From Candidatus Poribacteria bacterium (GTDB lineage: Bacteria; Poribacteria; WGA-4E; WGA-3G): a stretch of 64,000 nt of DNA. Of the stretch, positions 1 through 10,732 are shown piece by piece. How positions within the stretch are numbered: the stretch's first letter is position 1; the number at the start of each line of letters is the position of its first letter. The notes under the pieces were generated by a model. It saw nothing but the letters and a program-made list of their open reading frames with translations, was not told where the DNA came from and did not search any database. Where the stretch lies: contig CBDANF010000003.1 of NCBI GenBank assembly GCA_965197475.1, forward strand, positions 1,152,001-1,216,000. Reading direction: 5' to 3'. A program made the position numbers and the translations under genes.

Positions 1-1245
1 CTTATCCACACCATAAATGGAAGTGAACTGTTTGACATCTTTTTTAGAGAGAATCTTCTTAATTTCATCTGCTGTCCAGACATAATATTTTCCCTCCTCT
101 GCATCCGTTTCGGCATCTAACGCCGAATAGAATCCGCCATCGGGTGCTGTCATCTCGCGTGCAATAAAACTGAATACCTCCTCAGCAATTCGTCGGTACT
201 GGGGTTTTTCTGTTAACTGATAGACTTGAAGATATATTTTTGCCAATTGTGCGTTGTCGTATAGCATCTTCTCAAAGTGGGGAACGAGCCATTTTGCATC
301 AACGGAATATCTGTGAAATCCGCCACCGATCTGGTCATAAATTCCGCCGTAAGCCATCATATCCAGAGTATGTGTTATCATTTTTAAGAGCAATTCATTG
401 TCTGTAGGAGGGGTTTTCTTGTGGGAGGGGTTTGTAACCCCGATGGAAGCGGTTTGTAACCCCGATTGCCTTTCATATTCTCTCAACAGGAATTCCAGAT
501 TTGCAGGACTTGGGAATTTAGGAGCAGTGCCAAACCCACCGTAAGCGTTATTATAGTTAGACTTTAGATGTGCTACGGCGGCTGAGATAAGAGAACGGTT
601 AAGGGATTTCGCAGTGAGAGCGGTGAATCCTGTGCTTATTACCCCTTCAATGACTTGTGTGATTTTGTCCGCTGATTCAATTACCTCTGCTTCCCGCGTA
701 ACCCATGCTTCATGCACTGCGGTCAAAATCGTTGGGAAACCGGGTCTATTCGGCATATCCATAGGCGGAAAATAGGTGCCTGCGAAAAAAGGTTTTAGAT
801 CCGGGGTGAGAAAGACAGAGTTGGGCCACCCGCCACGTCGGAGCAATATTTGCGTTGCTGTCATATAGATTTCGTCAAGGTCAGGTCGTTCTTCCCTATC
901 AATTTTGATGTTGATGAAGTTCTTGTTCATTTGCTCAGCGATTTCTGGGTTTGAGAAAACCTTTCGCTCCATCACGTGGCACCAGTAACACGTGGAATAG
1001 CCGACAGAGAGAAAAATAGGTTTGTTCTCTTTCTTCGCACGTTCCAACGCTTCATCGTCCCAAGGATACCATTCAACGGGATTGTGTGCATGAAGCAATA
1101 GATAGGGGCTGGTTTCATGGATAAGCTTATTGGTCCACTTCCATGAACTGTCCTGATTTTTGAGTGCATCTTCATCAGCACTCCCTATCCATGCTATATT
1201 AAGCAGAATTAGACATGAGAAAATGTATCGCATCGTGTTTTTCAT
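1..1245 (-). CDS. Thioredoxin-domain protein, YyaL/DUF255 (SSP411) family; 3' end outside the window
   Basis: Not in the ORF track. Manual translation from ATG 1245 gives [15 protein letters not shown]...[24 protein letters not shown]...[12 protein letters not shown]...[12 protein letters not shown]...[11 protein letters not shown]...[26 protein letters not shown], which are the family hallmark motifs. Confidence 0.93.
   Translation of the reverse strand, partial: MKNTMRYIFSCLILLNIAWIGSADEDALKNQDSSWKWTNKLIHETSPYLLLHAHNPVEWYPWDDEALERAKKENKPIFLSVGYSTCYWCHVMERKVFSNPEIAEQMNKNFINIKIDREERPDLDEIYMTATQILLRRGGWPNSVFLTPDLKPFFAGTYFPPMDMPNRPGFPTILTAVHEAWVTREAEVIESADKITQVIEGVISTGFTALTAKSLNRSLISAAVAHLKSNYNNAYGGFGTAPKFPSPANLEFLLREYERQSGLQTASIGVTNPSHKKTPPTDNELLLKMITHTLDMMAYGGIYDQIGGGFHRYSVDAKWLVPHFEKMLYDNAQLAKIYLQVYQLTEKPQYRRIAEEVFSFIAREMTAPDGGFYSALDAETDAEEGKYYVWTADEIKKILSKKDVKQFTSIYGVDK
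403..466. repeat. Cluster of REP-like units (family A, TGTRGGAGGGGTTTSTAACCCCGAT) inside the YyaL CDS
   Basis: Three overlapping or partial units. They match intergenic copies at 61203-61227, 61060-61082 and, inverted, about 3408-3438. Confidence 0.8.
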
Positions 1246-1334
1246 GATTAGAACCTTTGCTTTTTAGCGTAATGTATGATGAATCGGATTACTATAAACT
1301 TGTGTATCTTTTCTGAACAATTCGTGTAGCATAG

Positions 1335-2444
1335 TTATTGCACAAGTGCCTGCTGTGCGATGGCGCGTCCCCGATCTGTTAGCATCAGCTGCGTTGTTTT
1401 CTGTGAAACATATCGGTTATTTAGCGCATATTTAACAACTCGTGAAGCAAATGTTGGTTCCCACCGGAGATGTTCGTAAAGATGCGCAATTTCAGATTCG
1501 GCTTGTGTTTCTGGAAGTCCTTCGTGATTAAACAAGTGAATGACAAGCATTGTTTGCGCAAATTCCCATTTTTGGCGAACGTGTCTGCGCGCAATTGCGA
1601 TGATCCCCCGGTTTGGAACAGTCAAAAAAATAAGCCCGAAAACAAGAAATGTCACCGTCGCAATTGCACCCGCAATTGAGACATTAAATACGGAGGCAAG
1701 CCAATAGCCACTGACAGCGTTCACACATCCAATCACAACACTTAGGATGAGCATCCGTGCCAGACTATCAGTCATAAGATAAGCGGTAGCTGCCGGTCCG
1801 ACGATAAGAGCAACGACTAAAATTGAACCAACCGCGTCAAATGCACCCACTGTCGTCATAGATACCAAAGCCATTAAGCCATAATGGATAAGGGCAGGTG
1901 CAAACCCTAATGTGGCAGCTAAACTTGCGTCAAATGTTGCTAACTTCAACTCCTTGTAGAATGTCAAAATAAAAGCGAGGTTTAACACGAGCATTCCGCC
2001 CATAACATATAGAGATATGGGGCCCAGATCGTAGCCGGAAATCTCTAATCGGTTAAGCGGCGCGTACGCGAGTTCACCGAGGAGGACCGCATCCATATCC
2101 AGGTGAACATTGCTGGAATACCGAGAAATGAGAATTACGCCGATGCTGAAAAGGGCAGGGAACGTTAACCCGATCGCGGCATCCTCTTTCACGAGTTTCG
2201 TTTTTTGCAGCAATTCAACGAAAACAACGGTAAGTACACCAGTCGCAGCAGCAGCGAGAATCAGTAACGGCGACGAGAGACTATGCGTTAGAAAAAATGC
2301 AAGAACGATGCCAGGAAGAATGGCGTGACTAATCGCATCGCTCATCAATGTCATTCGCCGTAGCACCAAGAATACGCCAAGTAAAGCGCATGCAGATGCT
2401 GTGACAATAGCGATGAGTATGATGTCAAGGTGAACTTGTAACAT
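1335..2444 (-). CDS. Mn/Zn ABC transporter permease (TroD/MntD-like) with C-terminal soluble extension
   Basis: DAISHAILPG motif, multiple TM helices, operon with ATPase and binding protein. Confidence 0.9.
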   Translation of the reverse strand: MLQVHLDIILIAIVTASACALLGVFLVLRRMTLMSDAISHAILPGIVLAFFLTHSLSSPLLILAAAATGVLTVVFVELLQKTKLVKEDAAIGLTFPALFSIGVILISRYSSNVHLDMDAVLLGELAYAPLNRLEISGYDLGPISLYVMGGMLVLNLAFILTFYKELKLATFDASLAATLGFAPALIHYGLMALVSMTTVGAFDAVGSILVVALIVGPAATAYLMTDSLARMLILSVVIGCVNAVSGYWLASVFNVSIAGAIATVTFLVFGLIFLTVPNRGIIAIARRHVRQKWEFAQTMLVIHLFNHEGLPETQAESEIAHLYEHLRWEPTFASRVVKYALNNRYVSQKTTQLMLTDRGRAIAQQALVQ

Positions 2445-2450
2445 TTTCTT

Positions 2451-3404
2451 TTATTCAGTCTTTTGCTGTGGCTGCTCAACCAATTGACTCGCGGCTATCT
2501 TCAAGCTGCGTCTATTTCGCTGTTGTCTGATACTGTTCCACAACAGCCCACGGTTCGGTGCAAAAGTGATCGAGAATCCTACCACAACTGTTGCACAGAG
2601 GATAATTGTCGGCCCGGTGGGGATGCGCGTTGCAGTACTGCTGATTATTGTGCCGCTTACCCCGGCAAGTGCGCCGAAGCATGCAGCCAGAATTACCATC
2701 AGGCTGAGCTTGTCTGTCCACTGCCGCGCAGCAACTGCCGGAGCAACTAACATCGCACTCATCAACACAGCACCAACCGCTTGTAGACCGAGGACAATCG
2801 CAATAACAAGCAGGCTCGTCAGTAAAATATCAAGTGAGCGGATCGGAAATCCGATAGATGCGGCGAACCCTTCATCAAAAATAAGCAATTTCAATTCTTT
2901 CCATAAGATAAGCATGATTACAAGCGCAACGCCGCCAAGTATACCAATCGTTAGAACATCACTCTTTAAAATTGTGGCGGCTTGTCCGAAGAGAAAAGTA
3001 TCTAACCCTGCCTGATTTGCTTTGCCGGTGCGCTGGATCAGTGTGAGCAGCACCAATCCGAAACCGAAAAAAGTTGATAGAACAAGTCCGAGAGCACTAT
3101 CGTATTTGATGCGCGTCAACCTCACAATGCTTAGAATAATTAGCGTACCTAACCATCCAGCGATCGCAGCACCAAGTACTAAAATCAGCGGTGTCTTGCT
3201 TCCTGTCAGTAGAAATGCGATTGCAATGCCGGGTAGGGCAGCATGTGAGATAGCATCGCCGAGGAGACTCTGCCGTCTAAGGACAGCATAGGTCCCAAGC
3301 GCACCACTGACGGTGCCGAGCAACGCGGCACCGATAGCGACTATTATCAGGGTATAATCAAAACGGGTTAGAAAGTATAAAATTTTCATGATTATAGTTG
3401 GCAC
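2451..3404 (-). CDS. Mn/Zn ABC transporter permease (TroC/MntC-like)
   Basis: LLGDAISHAALPG motif, ABC-3 family. The start may be ATG 3389. Confidence 0.9.
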   Translation of the reverse strand: MPTIIMKILYFLTRFDYTLIIVAIGAALLGTVSGALGTYAVLRRQSLLGDAISHAALPGIAIAFLLTGSKTPLILVLGAAIAGWLGTLIILSIVRLTRIKYDSALGLVLSTFFGFGLVLLTLIQRTGKANQAGLDTFLFGQAATILKSDVLTIGILGGVALVIMLILWKELKLLIFDEGFAASIGFPIRSLDILLTSLLVIAIVLGLQAVGAVLMSAMLVAPAVAARQWTDKLSLMVILAACFGALAGVSGTIISSTATRIPTGPTIILCATVVVGFSITFAPNRGLLWNSIRQQRNRRSLKIAASQLVEQPQQKTE

Positions 3405-3457
3405 GTGGGGAAATCGCTGTTAAAAACCGCTTCCACAAAAACTGGGACAAATTGTTT

Positions 3458-4201
3458 TTATCGGTTTTTTATAAAAGCGATTCGTCCGCCGTAAGTCTCA
3501 CGTAAATTTTCAGGTGTGAAAGTTTCGTCAACGGGACCGCTCGCAATTCGACGAATGTTCAATAGCATTACCCAGTCGAAATAATCGGTTACGGTTTGCA
3601 GATCATGATGCACCACAACGACTGTTTTGCCGTTTTCACGGAGTTCCTGAAGTAAGGCTATGATTGCGCGTTCGGTTGTAGCATCAACGCCTTGAAAGGG
3701 TTCATCCATTAAGTATATTGTGGCATCTTGAACAAGGGCACGAGCCAAAAAAACACGTTGTTGTTGCCCACCGGAAAGTTGGCTAATCTGTCGGGTGGTA
3801 TACTTCTGCATTCCAACTTTTTCAAGTGCGTGCATCGCCAATTCGCGATCTTGCTTACCGGGACGCCGAATCCACCCGAGTGCACCATATCTACCCATCA
3901 TGACGACATCAAGTACGTTTGTCGGAAAATCCCAATCAACACTTCCTCGTTGTGGCACATAACCTACAATCCGCCGTTGCGCCGCATAAGGTTTGTTGTA
4001 GATTAAGACGTTTCCAGCTGCGGGACGGACTAACCCTAAAATCGCCTTGATCAACGTTGTTTTTCCCGCCCCGTTAGGACCAATAATTGCTAAAAGCACT
4101 CCTTGTGGCACATCAAGGTCAATGTCCCACAGAACAGGTGTCTCCTGATAAGCGACTGTCAAATCGGTTACTTCTATGGCTTTTGCGTCAAGTGCTTGCA
4201 A
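3458..4201 (-). CDS. Metal ABC transporter ATP-binding protein (TroB/MntB-like)
   Basis: [32 protein letters not shown]. Confidence 0.95.
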   Translation of the reverse strand: MQALDAKAIEVTDLTVAYQETPVLWDIDLDVPQGVLLAIIGPNGAGKTTLIKAILGLVRPAAGNVLIYNKPYAAQRRIVGYVPQRGSVDWDFPTNVLDVVMMGRYGALGWIRRPGKQDRELAMHALEKVGMQKYTTRQISQLSGGQQQRVFLARALVQDATIYLMDEPFQGVDATTERAIIALLQELRENGKTVVVVHHDLQTVTDYFDWVMLLNIRRIASGPVDETFTPENLRETYGGRIAFIKNR

Positions 4202-4202
4202 T

Positions 4203-5237
4203 TTAGTCTTCCTCTGTAGAAATGGTTTCTTCTGTCAATGCTTTTACAATCGTATCAATATTGTGCCGCACCATACCGATATAAGTTGCCTCATGTGTGC
4301 CCTCATTACCCATAGCGTCAGAAAAAAGCTCCCCACCGATCTGTACATCAAAGCCTTTTGAGTTTACAGCAGCTTTCACCGCCTCAAGACTCCGAGAAGG
4401 GACAGACGATTCCACAAAAATCGCAGGAATCCGTCTTTCTACTATAAAAACAGCCAATTCTTGAACATCAGCGATACCGGCTTCTGTGACGGTGCTAATT
4501 CCCTGCAGCCCGCGCACCTCAAATCCATAAGCCTTGCCGAAGTAGTTAAAAGCATCGTGCGCTGTCACAAGCACACGTTGTTCAGGTAGCACGCGTTCTG
4601 CTTGGGTCTTGACGTATTGATGTAATGCAGTGAGTTCCGCAAGGTAGCGTTCAGCATTGTTTGTGTACACCTCTTTGGCATCAGCATTATAATCTGTCAG
4701 AGTGTCTCGAACTTTTTGAACTGCTTTCATCCAAAGCGTCACGTCAAACCATAAGTGCGGGTCATATTGTCCATCAAATTCGGATGGTGATAACAGCAGT
4801 GCTTTGTCAATATCGCCTGTTACCGCAACGGTTTTAGTATCTCCAGGCATCTTAGCAAGCACATCCCCCATTTTTGCTTCAAGGTGCAACCCGTTATAGA
4901 AGATGATGTGTGCGGAACTCAGCCTTTGAAGGTCTTTAGCGGTCGGTTTATAAAGATGTGGGTCAACACCTGGGCCCATCATGCCTACAACCTCAACCTG
5001 CTCGCCACCAACGTTTTTGACAATATCGGTAATCATGCCAATTGTTGTAACAACACGGATTTTTCCTTTCTCTGATGCATCCGGTGGCTTTTTTGAGTCG
5101 CAGCTAACACTTGCAGAAATGGCTATCAGACATAACAAAATGCCTGCTTTTTGTATTGATAGATTCAACGCGTTTGAGAATTGTGTTAACATTCTTGATA
5201 ATGAGAGAATTACTTTAAACATAATTTCAATTTCCAA
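4203..5237 (-). CDS. Metal ABC substrate-binding lipoprotein (TroA/MntA-like)
   Basis: [27 protein letters not shown]; lipobox-like SVSC. The true start may be slightly downstream. Confidence 0.93.
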   Translation of the reverse strand: MEIEIMFKVILSLSRMLTQFSNALNLSIQKAGILLCLIAISASVSCDSKKPPDASEKGKIRVVTTIGMITDIVKNVGGEQVEVVGMMGPGVDPHLYKPTAKDLQRLSSAHIIFYNGLHLEAKMGDVLAKMPGDTKTVAVTGDIDKALLLSPSEFDGQYDPHLWFDVTLWMKAVQKVRDTLTDYNADAKEVYTNNAERYLAELTALHQYVKTQAERVLPEQRVLVTAHDAFNYFGKAYGFEVRGLQGISTVTEAGIADVQELAVFIVERRIPAIFVESSVPSRSLEAVKAAVNSKGFDVQIGGELFSDAMGNEGTHEATYIGMVRHNIDTIVKALTEETISTEED

Positions 5238-6366
5238 TAAAGTAGTGTTCTAAGAGTTTACCAACGAGGTAGCCCACGCCCGCAACGCCGAGACCGACAA
5301 CAAACATATCAAAACCGCTTCGAAACAAGCCGCGTCCAGTGAAAAGGCTGCGTGCTCCACCGACTGCAAAGTGCGAAAACATCGCGAGTGTAAAAGATAT
5401 CCATATAGCAGTTAACCCAGAGGTAAATAGAAACGGTGCCACAGGAATAAAAGCACCGACAGCCGTTGCAAGTCCTGTTATCCACCCGTCTTTGAATGGT
5501 GTGGTGTGCGTTTTGCCAATCTTCAATTCAGATTGGATTTTTTCCTCTAATGCTCTCTCAGGATCACTCATCACTTCCTTCGCAAGGAGTCGAGCATGTT
5601 CCTTTGGTATGCCCCGAGTCGCATAAATGAGCGTAAGTTCGTCCTCCTCAATATCTGGCATGAGGCGGATTTCTTCCCTTTCTAACTCAATTTCGTGTTC
5701 GTACACCTCCTGTTCACTCTTCGCAGCGAGGTACCCCGAAGCACCCATAGAGAGTGAGTCCGCCACCGTTCCAACAATGCCGGTCACAAGAATTGTGGAG
5801 ATATCCGATGTTGCTGCAATCACCCCAGCGACTAAACCGAAGTTTGCTGTTAAGCCATCATTAAAGCCGTATACAATGTTGCCTAACATGCCCCCAGATT
5901 CGGTTTTGTGCCACGGTTCATCAGTTGAGCCGGTGAGTTCCTGTAAACTTTCAGTATGCATCGCAGATTCTTTCGCAAGAATAAGTGCTGTATCTTTTGC
6001 GTCTTGCAATGTGCTGTTTTTATGAAGCGCAAGATAATCCTTAACCTCACTCGCCTCTTCGTTAAGCATCCGGGAAAGTGGAAACGGACTGCCGAACTTA
6101 CGAGCATACCATGCCCAGAACCTTGCTTTTAATGTCGGTTGCAGTTTCTTACTCTTGACATTATACGAAAGTAACAATTCTTCCCAACGTGCGACATGTC
6201 TATTTTCCACCTCAGCAAGCTCAAGTAATATATCTTTCCGGTCAGGGTCTGGTTCAAGATTTGCGAAAACACTGTAGAGGAAACTTGCATCTATCTCATC
6301 TTGTAGATGGTGTCTCCATGTCTTGATAGTTTTATTATCTAATTTAATCTTTTCTTGTTGTTCCAT
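5227..6366 (-). CDS. VIT1/CCC1 metal exporter with N-terminal ferritin/rubrerythrin-like domain
   Basis: N-terminal DEID...EVENRH...ESAMH ligands; VYGFNDGL and SMGASGYLAAKSE VIT1 motifs. Confidence 0.88.
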   Translation of the reverse strand: MEQQEKIKLDNKTIKTWRHHLQDEIDASFLYSVFANLEPDPDRKDILLELAEVENRHVARWEELLLSYNVKSKKLQPTLKARFWAWYARKFGSPFPLSRMLNEEASEVKDYLALHKNSTLQDAKDTALILAKESAMHTESLQELTGSTDEPWHKTESGGMLGNIVYGFNDGLTANFGLVAGVIAATSDISTILVTGIVGTVADSLSMGASGYLAAKSEQEVYEHEIELEREEIRLMPDIEEDELTLIYATRGIPKEHARLLAKEVMSDPERALEEKIQSELKIGKTHTTPFKDGWITGLATAVGAFIPVAPFLFTSGLTAIWISFTLAMFSHFAVGGARSLFTGRGLFRSGFDMFVVGLGVAGVGYLVGKLLEHYFIGN

Positions 6367-6376
6367 TTTTTGGCCC

Positions 6377-7039
6377 TCATGTATCTTTTACATTATTGAC
6401 GAAAATATGTTTCGCAACCTCACGTCCAATTACCGCTTGCTGTCCAGCAATGTTGATAGTGAAGGGTCCTTCAAATGGGGCGACCTCAATAACCCGGAAC
6501 GTTGTGCCGGGATAAAGATTGAAACTTCCCAGATGTCGAAGCAACGCTGAGTCGTTATCGCTTACTTCAGCGACAACACAGGATTGACCGTTCTGCAGAG
6601 CAGTCATCGGAATAGATGGTGTTTTCGGCACAACACCGTTTTTATCCGGTATCGGCGAACCGTGAGGATCAGCAGTTGGGTATCCGAGAAACGCGTCCAT
6701 CCGTGCTTCCACGTCTTCAGATATGACATGCTCTAACTTTTCAGCTTCTTCATGAACCCCATCCCATGGTACACCGAGTGCTTTGTTTAGATAGAGTTCC
6801 AACAAGCGATGATGCCGGATGATTTCAAGCGCAATGGATTTTCCTGCATCCGTAAGCGTAACACCTTGATAACGTTCATGGTTCACAAGGTTCATTGTTT
6901 TCAGTTTTTTGATCATCCCTGTTGCAGATGCTGGTTTAACGTCAAGGTATTCTGCTAAAATACCTGTCGAAACTTTGCCACCCTTCTCTTGTAACTTATA
7001 GATTGACTTGAGGTAGTCCTCAGCCGCTTGTGTCAGCAT
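6377..7039 (-). CDS. DtxR/MntR-family metal-dependent repressor with FeoA-like C-terminus
   Basis: EDYLKSIY, IRHHRLLELYL, EAEKLEH, DPHGSPIP. Confidence 0.95.
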   Translation of the reverse strand: MLTQAAEDYLKSIYKLQEKGGKVSTGILAEYLDVKPASATGMIKKLKTMNLVNHERYQGVTLTDAGKSIALEIIRHHRLLELYLNKALGVPWDGVHEEAEKLEHVISEDVEARMDAFLGYPTADPHGSPIPDKNGVVPKTPSIPMTALQNGQSCVVAEVSDNDSALLRHLGSFNLYPGTTFRVIEVAPFEGPFTINIAGQQAVIGREVAKHIFVNNVKDT

Positions 7040-7163
7040 TCGTCTTTCCTATCCGCAAGGAAACACGCAGAACGTGTAACCCGATCCTGCGGTATATGGC
7101 AGGTCTAACCCACCTAAATTTAGGCGATATATGCCAGAATTGTTATAAATATCCAGAAATTGT

Positions 7164-7179
7164 TTTAGGCATAACTAAA
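7164..7179. promoter_or_regulatory. Putative DtxR/MntR operator, TTTAG-N6-CTAAA
   Basis: TTTAGGCATAACTAAA lies upstream of the regulator-led operon and resembles DtxR-family boxes. A second palindrome CCTAAATTTAGG is at 7113-7124. Confidence 0.65.
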
Positions 7180-7426
7180 TTATATGTTAATGTCGAACTA
7201 AAGTCAAGAGAAAATTGACAAACCCGAAATCTATAGGGAAAATTATAGGACAAATGGTGTAAATACCTAAAATTTTGCGAATTTAAAAAAGTTGAAATTT
7301 TCTGTAACCTATCTTGCAATACATACGCTGAATAAGGTATATATGGAAATTATGCGCGTGTAACACAAATTTGTAGTGAGGAAGTTACACTGCCATTAAC
7401 CATATTTTGCATAAGGGGATTTAACA

Positions 7427-7705
7427 ATGAAAAACCGAGATATGAATACCACAATCCAGAAAGTGACCGCGCTGGACATCCGCCACCTGAGCAGGATTTG
7501 CCTACGCGGCATGCGTCGGTTGACGAATTTTAACTATAAGTTAATACCCCCCCCCCCCCACTTCACATTCGTTAATTTCAATCAATTTATTGGACAAAGT
7601 CTTATCGCAGATGTTAGCAGCTGCGATTTTTCGCGCACGCACGCGCTCTGTTTCATACGGAGTGTCTCGTCGCGGGCTTTTGTTGTTGCATTTGCTGTAC
7701 GTTAA
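7427..7705 (+). CDS. Small ORF (possible leader peptide) containing a C13 tract that encodes PPPP
   Basis: AAGGGG RBS-like sequence before the ATG; C13 at 7547-7559. Confidence 0.45.
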   Translation: MKNRDMNTTIQKVTALDIRHLSRICLRGMRRLTNFNYKLIPPPPHFTFVNFNQFIGQSLIADVSSCDFSRTHALCFIRSVSSRAFVVAFAVR

Positions 7706-7741
7706 TTTGGCTTGACATATTTTAATGGAGGATATACAATT

Positions 7742-8032
7742 GTGAAAACGAAGTTATTAACTACAAAAGTTGACGTGGCAGCCATGGCTGCATACCGGAA
7801 AAACAGGCGGAGACTCATCACTGCAGTCGTTCTCATTTTGATTAGCGGGGTTATTCTGACCGGTGTTATTAAAATGACACGCGCAACACAGATGGATAAA
7901 CTTGACTGCACAGGACAACCCGGATCTGACAGTATCATATTGGATAAACAGGAAACGCCTTGTCCAAAATCAACCATACCGCGCTGCTCGCTGGACACAG
8001 AAACGCAAGGTAGGGACGCATTGACACGTTGA
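7742..8032 (+). CDS. Small single-TM hypothetical protein
   Basis: GGAGG RBS before GTG 7742; basic stretch followed by a hydrophobic helix. Confidence 0.55.
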   Translation: MKTKLLTTKVDVAAMAAYRKNRRRLITAVVLILISGVILTGVIKMTRATQMDKLDCTGQPGSDSIILDKQETPCPKSTIPRCSLDTETQGRDALTR

Positions 8033-8135
8033 GTTGGCATCTTTAGCGTTTGACCGATTTTACAGACATAGTTTGCAACTCGGTTGCTGTGGATTCTACT
8101 ATAGAAACTGTAGCAATCGTTAAGGAGGACTCCTA

Positions 8136-9623
8136 ATGAAAGAAATTTTGATAAGTCGTCCCGTTATCTTTACCCTCATCGGTGGTCTGCTTCTTATCGG
8201 TGGCATCCTGATGTGGGAACGATGGGACAGGACACACTCTACCGAAACCGACACGGAAAGGAGACAACACATGGAACGGAAAACACCTGAAGAAACCGGA
8301 CACACTACGCAAACCAAGCAAGGGAAAACACGCGGAAGCACAACGCACTCCTATTCACATAGATATGACAATCCACGCCGGAAAAGGCAACCTATCCCAC
8401 AAGAAACATCAAGTAGCCTTGAGCAATTAAGATTAGAATATCGGGATAAGATAATAGAGAGACGTTCCTTTGAATCTCCCTATGGATATTGTGAATATGA
8501 TGTGTATCCAGATGAGTATTATGAAAAAGAACTGGAAATCTTGTGCGGCGACATGGAACCTGAACAGGCAGCAGATTATCTGGAATCGGTTCCTCTCTTT
8601 TGTCGAGGACTCCTTAGGCACTTAGATACCGTGCGTGCGTTTCAATATCTGGCGACGGTAACTTATATACCTGAAGTGCGTGAGTACGCGGAACGCGTCA
8701 TTGCGGAAAATCCTGGCACTACCGTTGAACTTGAAGCACGATTTTACCTTGCTGATGTCGTGCTTCTATTTACAGGGGCTCTTGCTGAAAGAGCACAAGC
8801 ATATCGAGAGATACTGGATATCGTTCCGAATTCAACGGAAGCCTTAGAGAGCTTAGGGTTTACGCTGATTACTGATGATAAACCAGCGGAAGCGATTCCA
8901 TATTTGAAGAAGCTAAATCGCTTGAACCCCGGCGCGGGAAATTATAGTTTAGGAGAATCGTATGAAAAGTTAGGCGATGTCAAAACCGCTTGGACATACT
9001 ACAAAAAAGCATTACGAGGTAGAGCGTATCACTCGCCGATTGCGTTGGGAAGCAGACAGCATATTGAAGCAATTGAAGCGGGGGATCCGATTTTTAAGCC
9101 TGTTGTGCAGGATCCTCACGCATCTGTATCTTCGGCTACCCCACGTGAATCTACGATGGAACACCGTGGTTTACAAGAACATGCACACCCCACCGAAGTG
9201 TCAACTGACGATCCTTCCTGGACAGAACGCGAATCCACCTCCCCACAGGATACACAAGACGATAACGACGAAAGAAGACGCGCTGCGGCGGCAGCACAAC
9301 AGGCACACGATGACTTCCTAAAACACCAAGAGCTCTCACAAAAGGAGCTTGACGATTTTCTGCAATGGGCAGAAACCATCATGAACGCTGACTCTCCTAT
9401 GGATACGAACAACTTCCTGATGAAGGAGATGGAAGCACACCTCAAGGGTGGGCAAGCACAGTTTGAACCTGATCGGATTGTCCGCGCATTTGAAACCATT
9501 GAACGTTATGGACCGGCAGAGGGGATAAAGCATCTCCAAAAAGCCGATCCTGATCTTGCAAAGCAGGTGCAGCAGCTTCTTGCAGAGAAACGCACGCCAC
9601 ACCAGAACAAAAAACAAAACTGA
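8136..9623 (+). CDS. Membrane-anchored TPR-repeat protein
   Basis: N-terminal TM; TPR-like segments (EALESLGFTL...AEAIPYLKK, YSLGESYEKLGDVKTAWTYYKKAL); AAGGAGG RBS. Confidence 0.8.
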   Translation: MKEILISRPVIFTLIGGLLLIGGILMWERWDRTHSTETDTERRQHMERKTPEETGHTTQTKQGKTRGSTTHSYSHRYDNPRRKRQPIPQETSSSLEQLRLEYRDKIIERRSFESPYGYCEYDVYPDEYYEKELEILCGDMEPEQAADYLESVPLFCRGLLRHLDTVRAFQYLATVTYIPEVREYAERVIAENPGTTVELEARFYLADVVLLFTGALAERAQAYREILDIVPNSTEALESLGFTLITDDKPAEAIPYLKKLNRLNPGAGNYSLGESYEKLGDVKTAWTYYKKALRGRAYHSPIALGSRQHIEAIEAGDPIFKPVVQDPHASVSSATPRESTMEHRGLQEHAHPTEVSTDDPSWTERESTSPQDTQDDNDERRRAAAAAQQAHDDFLKHQELSQKELDDFLQWAETIMNADSPMDTNNFLMKEMEAHLKGGQAQFEPDRIVRAFETIERYGPAEGIKHLQKADPDLAKQVQQLLAEKRTPHQNKKQN

Positions 9624-9643
9624 AGATAAAAGGTGAATATTCA

Positions 9644-10069
9644 ATGAAATTTTTTAGACTACTTTTAGCAAGCGGCTTCTGTCTGTTGTGCATCTTTAGC
9701 ATCGGCACTCCTATAGAAGCTTCTACAATCACAATCCAACCTCTTGATATCAACTGGCGCCCACGTGCAATTTCCGACTGTTCCACAGACGAAGAAAAAG
9801 AAAAAACCTATGCTAACGTGACAATAACTCTCCAAAATGTAGATTTTCCAACAGATCCAAATTCGAAAAAGCTGCCGTATGTCAAAGTGTTCCTCTCGGA
9901 GGTCACTGAATGGAAAGGTATCTGTGGGAATGACAGCGATTCAGAATACTCTACATTGCCAAGCCATCTTGAAAACGATGACCTTGTTTTAGAACGAACT
10001 GACTCACATAATAGACATTATAATGATTTAAATAACAGGAGTTTCATAACGCCAGGGTCTAAAGTTTAG
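9644..10069 (+). pseudogene. Secreted protein truncated by IS insertion near 10010
   Basis: Signal peptide MKFFRLLLASGFCLLCIFS. The last ~18 codons read into the reverse strand of the transposase element. Confidence 0.65.
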
Positions 10070-10693
10070 TCGGAAGTTGTGTAAACCACAACAAGTTTCC
10101 ATAACTAAATCACAAAACCCTTTCTTCCAATTCCTGAGTTTATCTTTGACAATGCGGCATCTTTTGACACCACTAATCACATGTTCAACGCGTATGCGTA
10201 TAGACACTATCTTTCGATTGTTTTCTTTTTCTTCATTCGTCCGTTCTCTACCTCTCGGTTTTTTCTTCGGTTGAATGATGTTTATATCCGGGAGAACGAA
10301 ACCCTGAAAACCGGTATCTTGGGACAATGTGCTTCCCTGTGGCACACAATAGCCCACCATATCGGCTATGTGTTTGTCATGATATCTCCCTTCAAAAGAA
10401 GGTGTCAATAGGACAACTTTGCAGGTCTCATTGATAATCAGATTATTTTTCACTGTATGGCATTTCTTTTTACCACTATAATACGCCTTTTGAGTTGAGG
10501 GGTCTTTTGGACGCTGTATCAGACGCTCCGTGCCATCATGAAAAAAAATGTTCTACTTCTTGACTTTGAGTTGATACCTCACAAGCATCACACATAGGTG
10601 CGGGGTCTGTTTCCCGAGATGGCAACTCTTCAAGTTTTGCTAATGCTTTGTTCAATATCGATAAAAGCAAGTGTATCCATTTATTAGCAAGAG
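10010..10693 (-). mobile_element. IS5-like (DDE_Tnp_4-type) element, 5' part missing
   Basis: HDGTERLIQRPKD...YYSGKKKCHTVKN, QDTGFQG, RIRVEHVISGVKR. Frame change at a T8 run near 10541-10548. Left end is approximate. Confidence 0.8.
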
Positions 10694-10732
10694 TGAAGTG
10701 CTACCGTTTATTCAGACCAAAATTTAGCAAAG

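Noticed and set aside
7040-7160. yybP-ykoY Mn riboswitch upstream of the metal operon
   Set aside because: The consensus elements were not recognisable; operator-like palindromes explain the region better.
7253-7267. AAATGGTGTAAATACC as an att copy of the tRNA-Ala 3' end
   Set aside because: The match is short and gapped, and no integrase is present.
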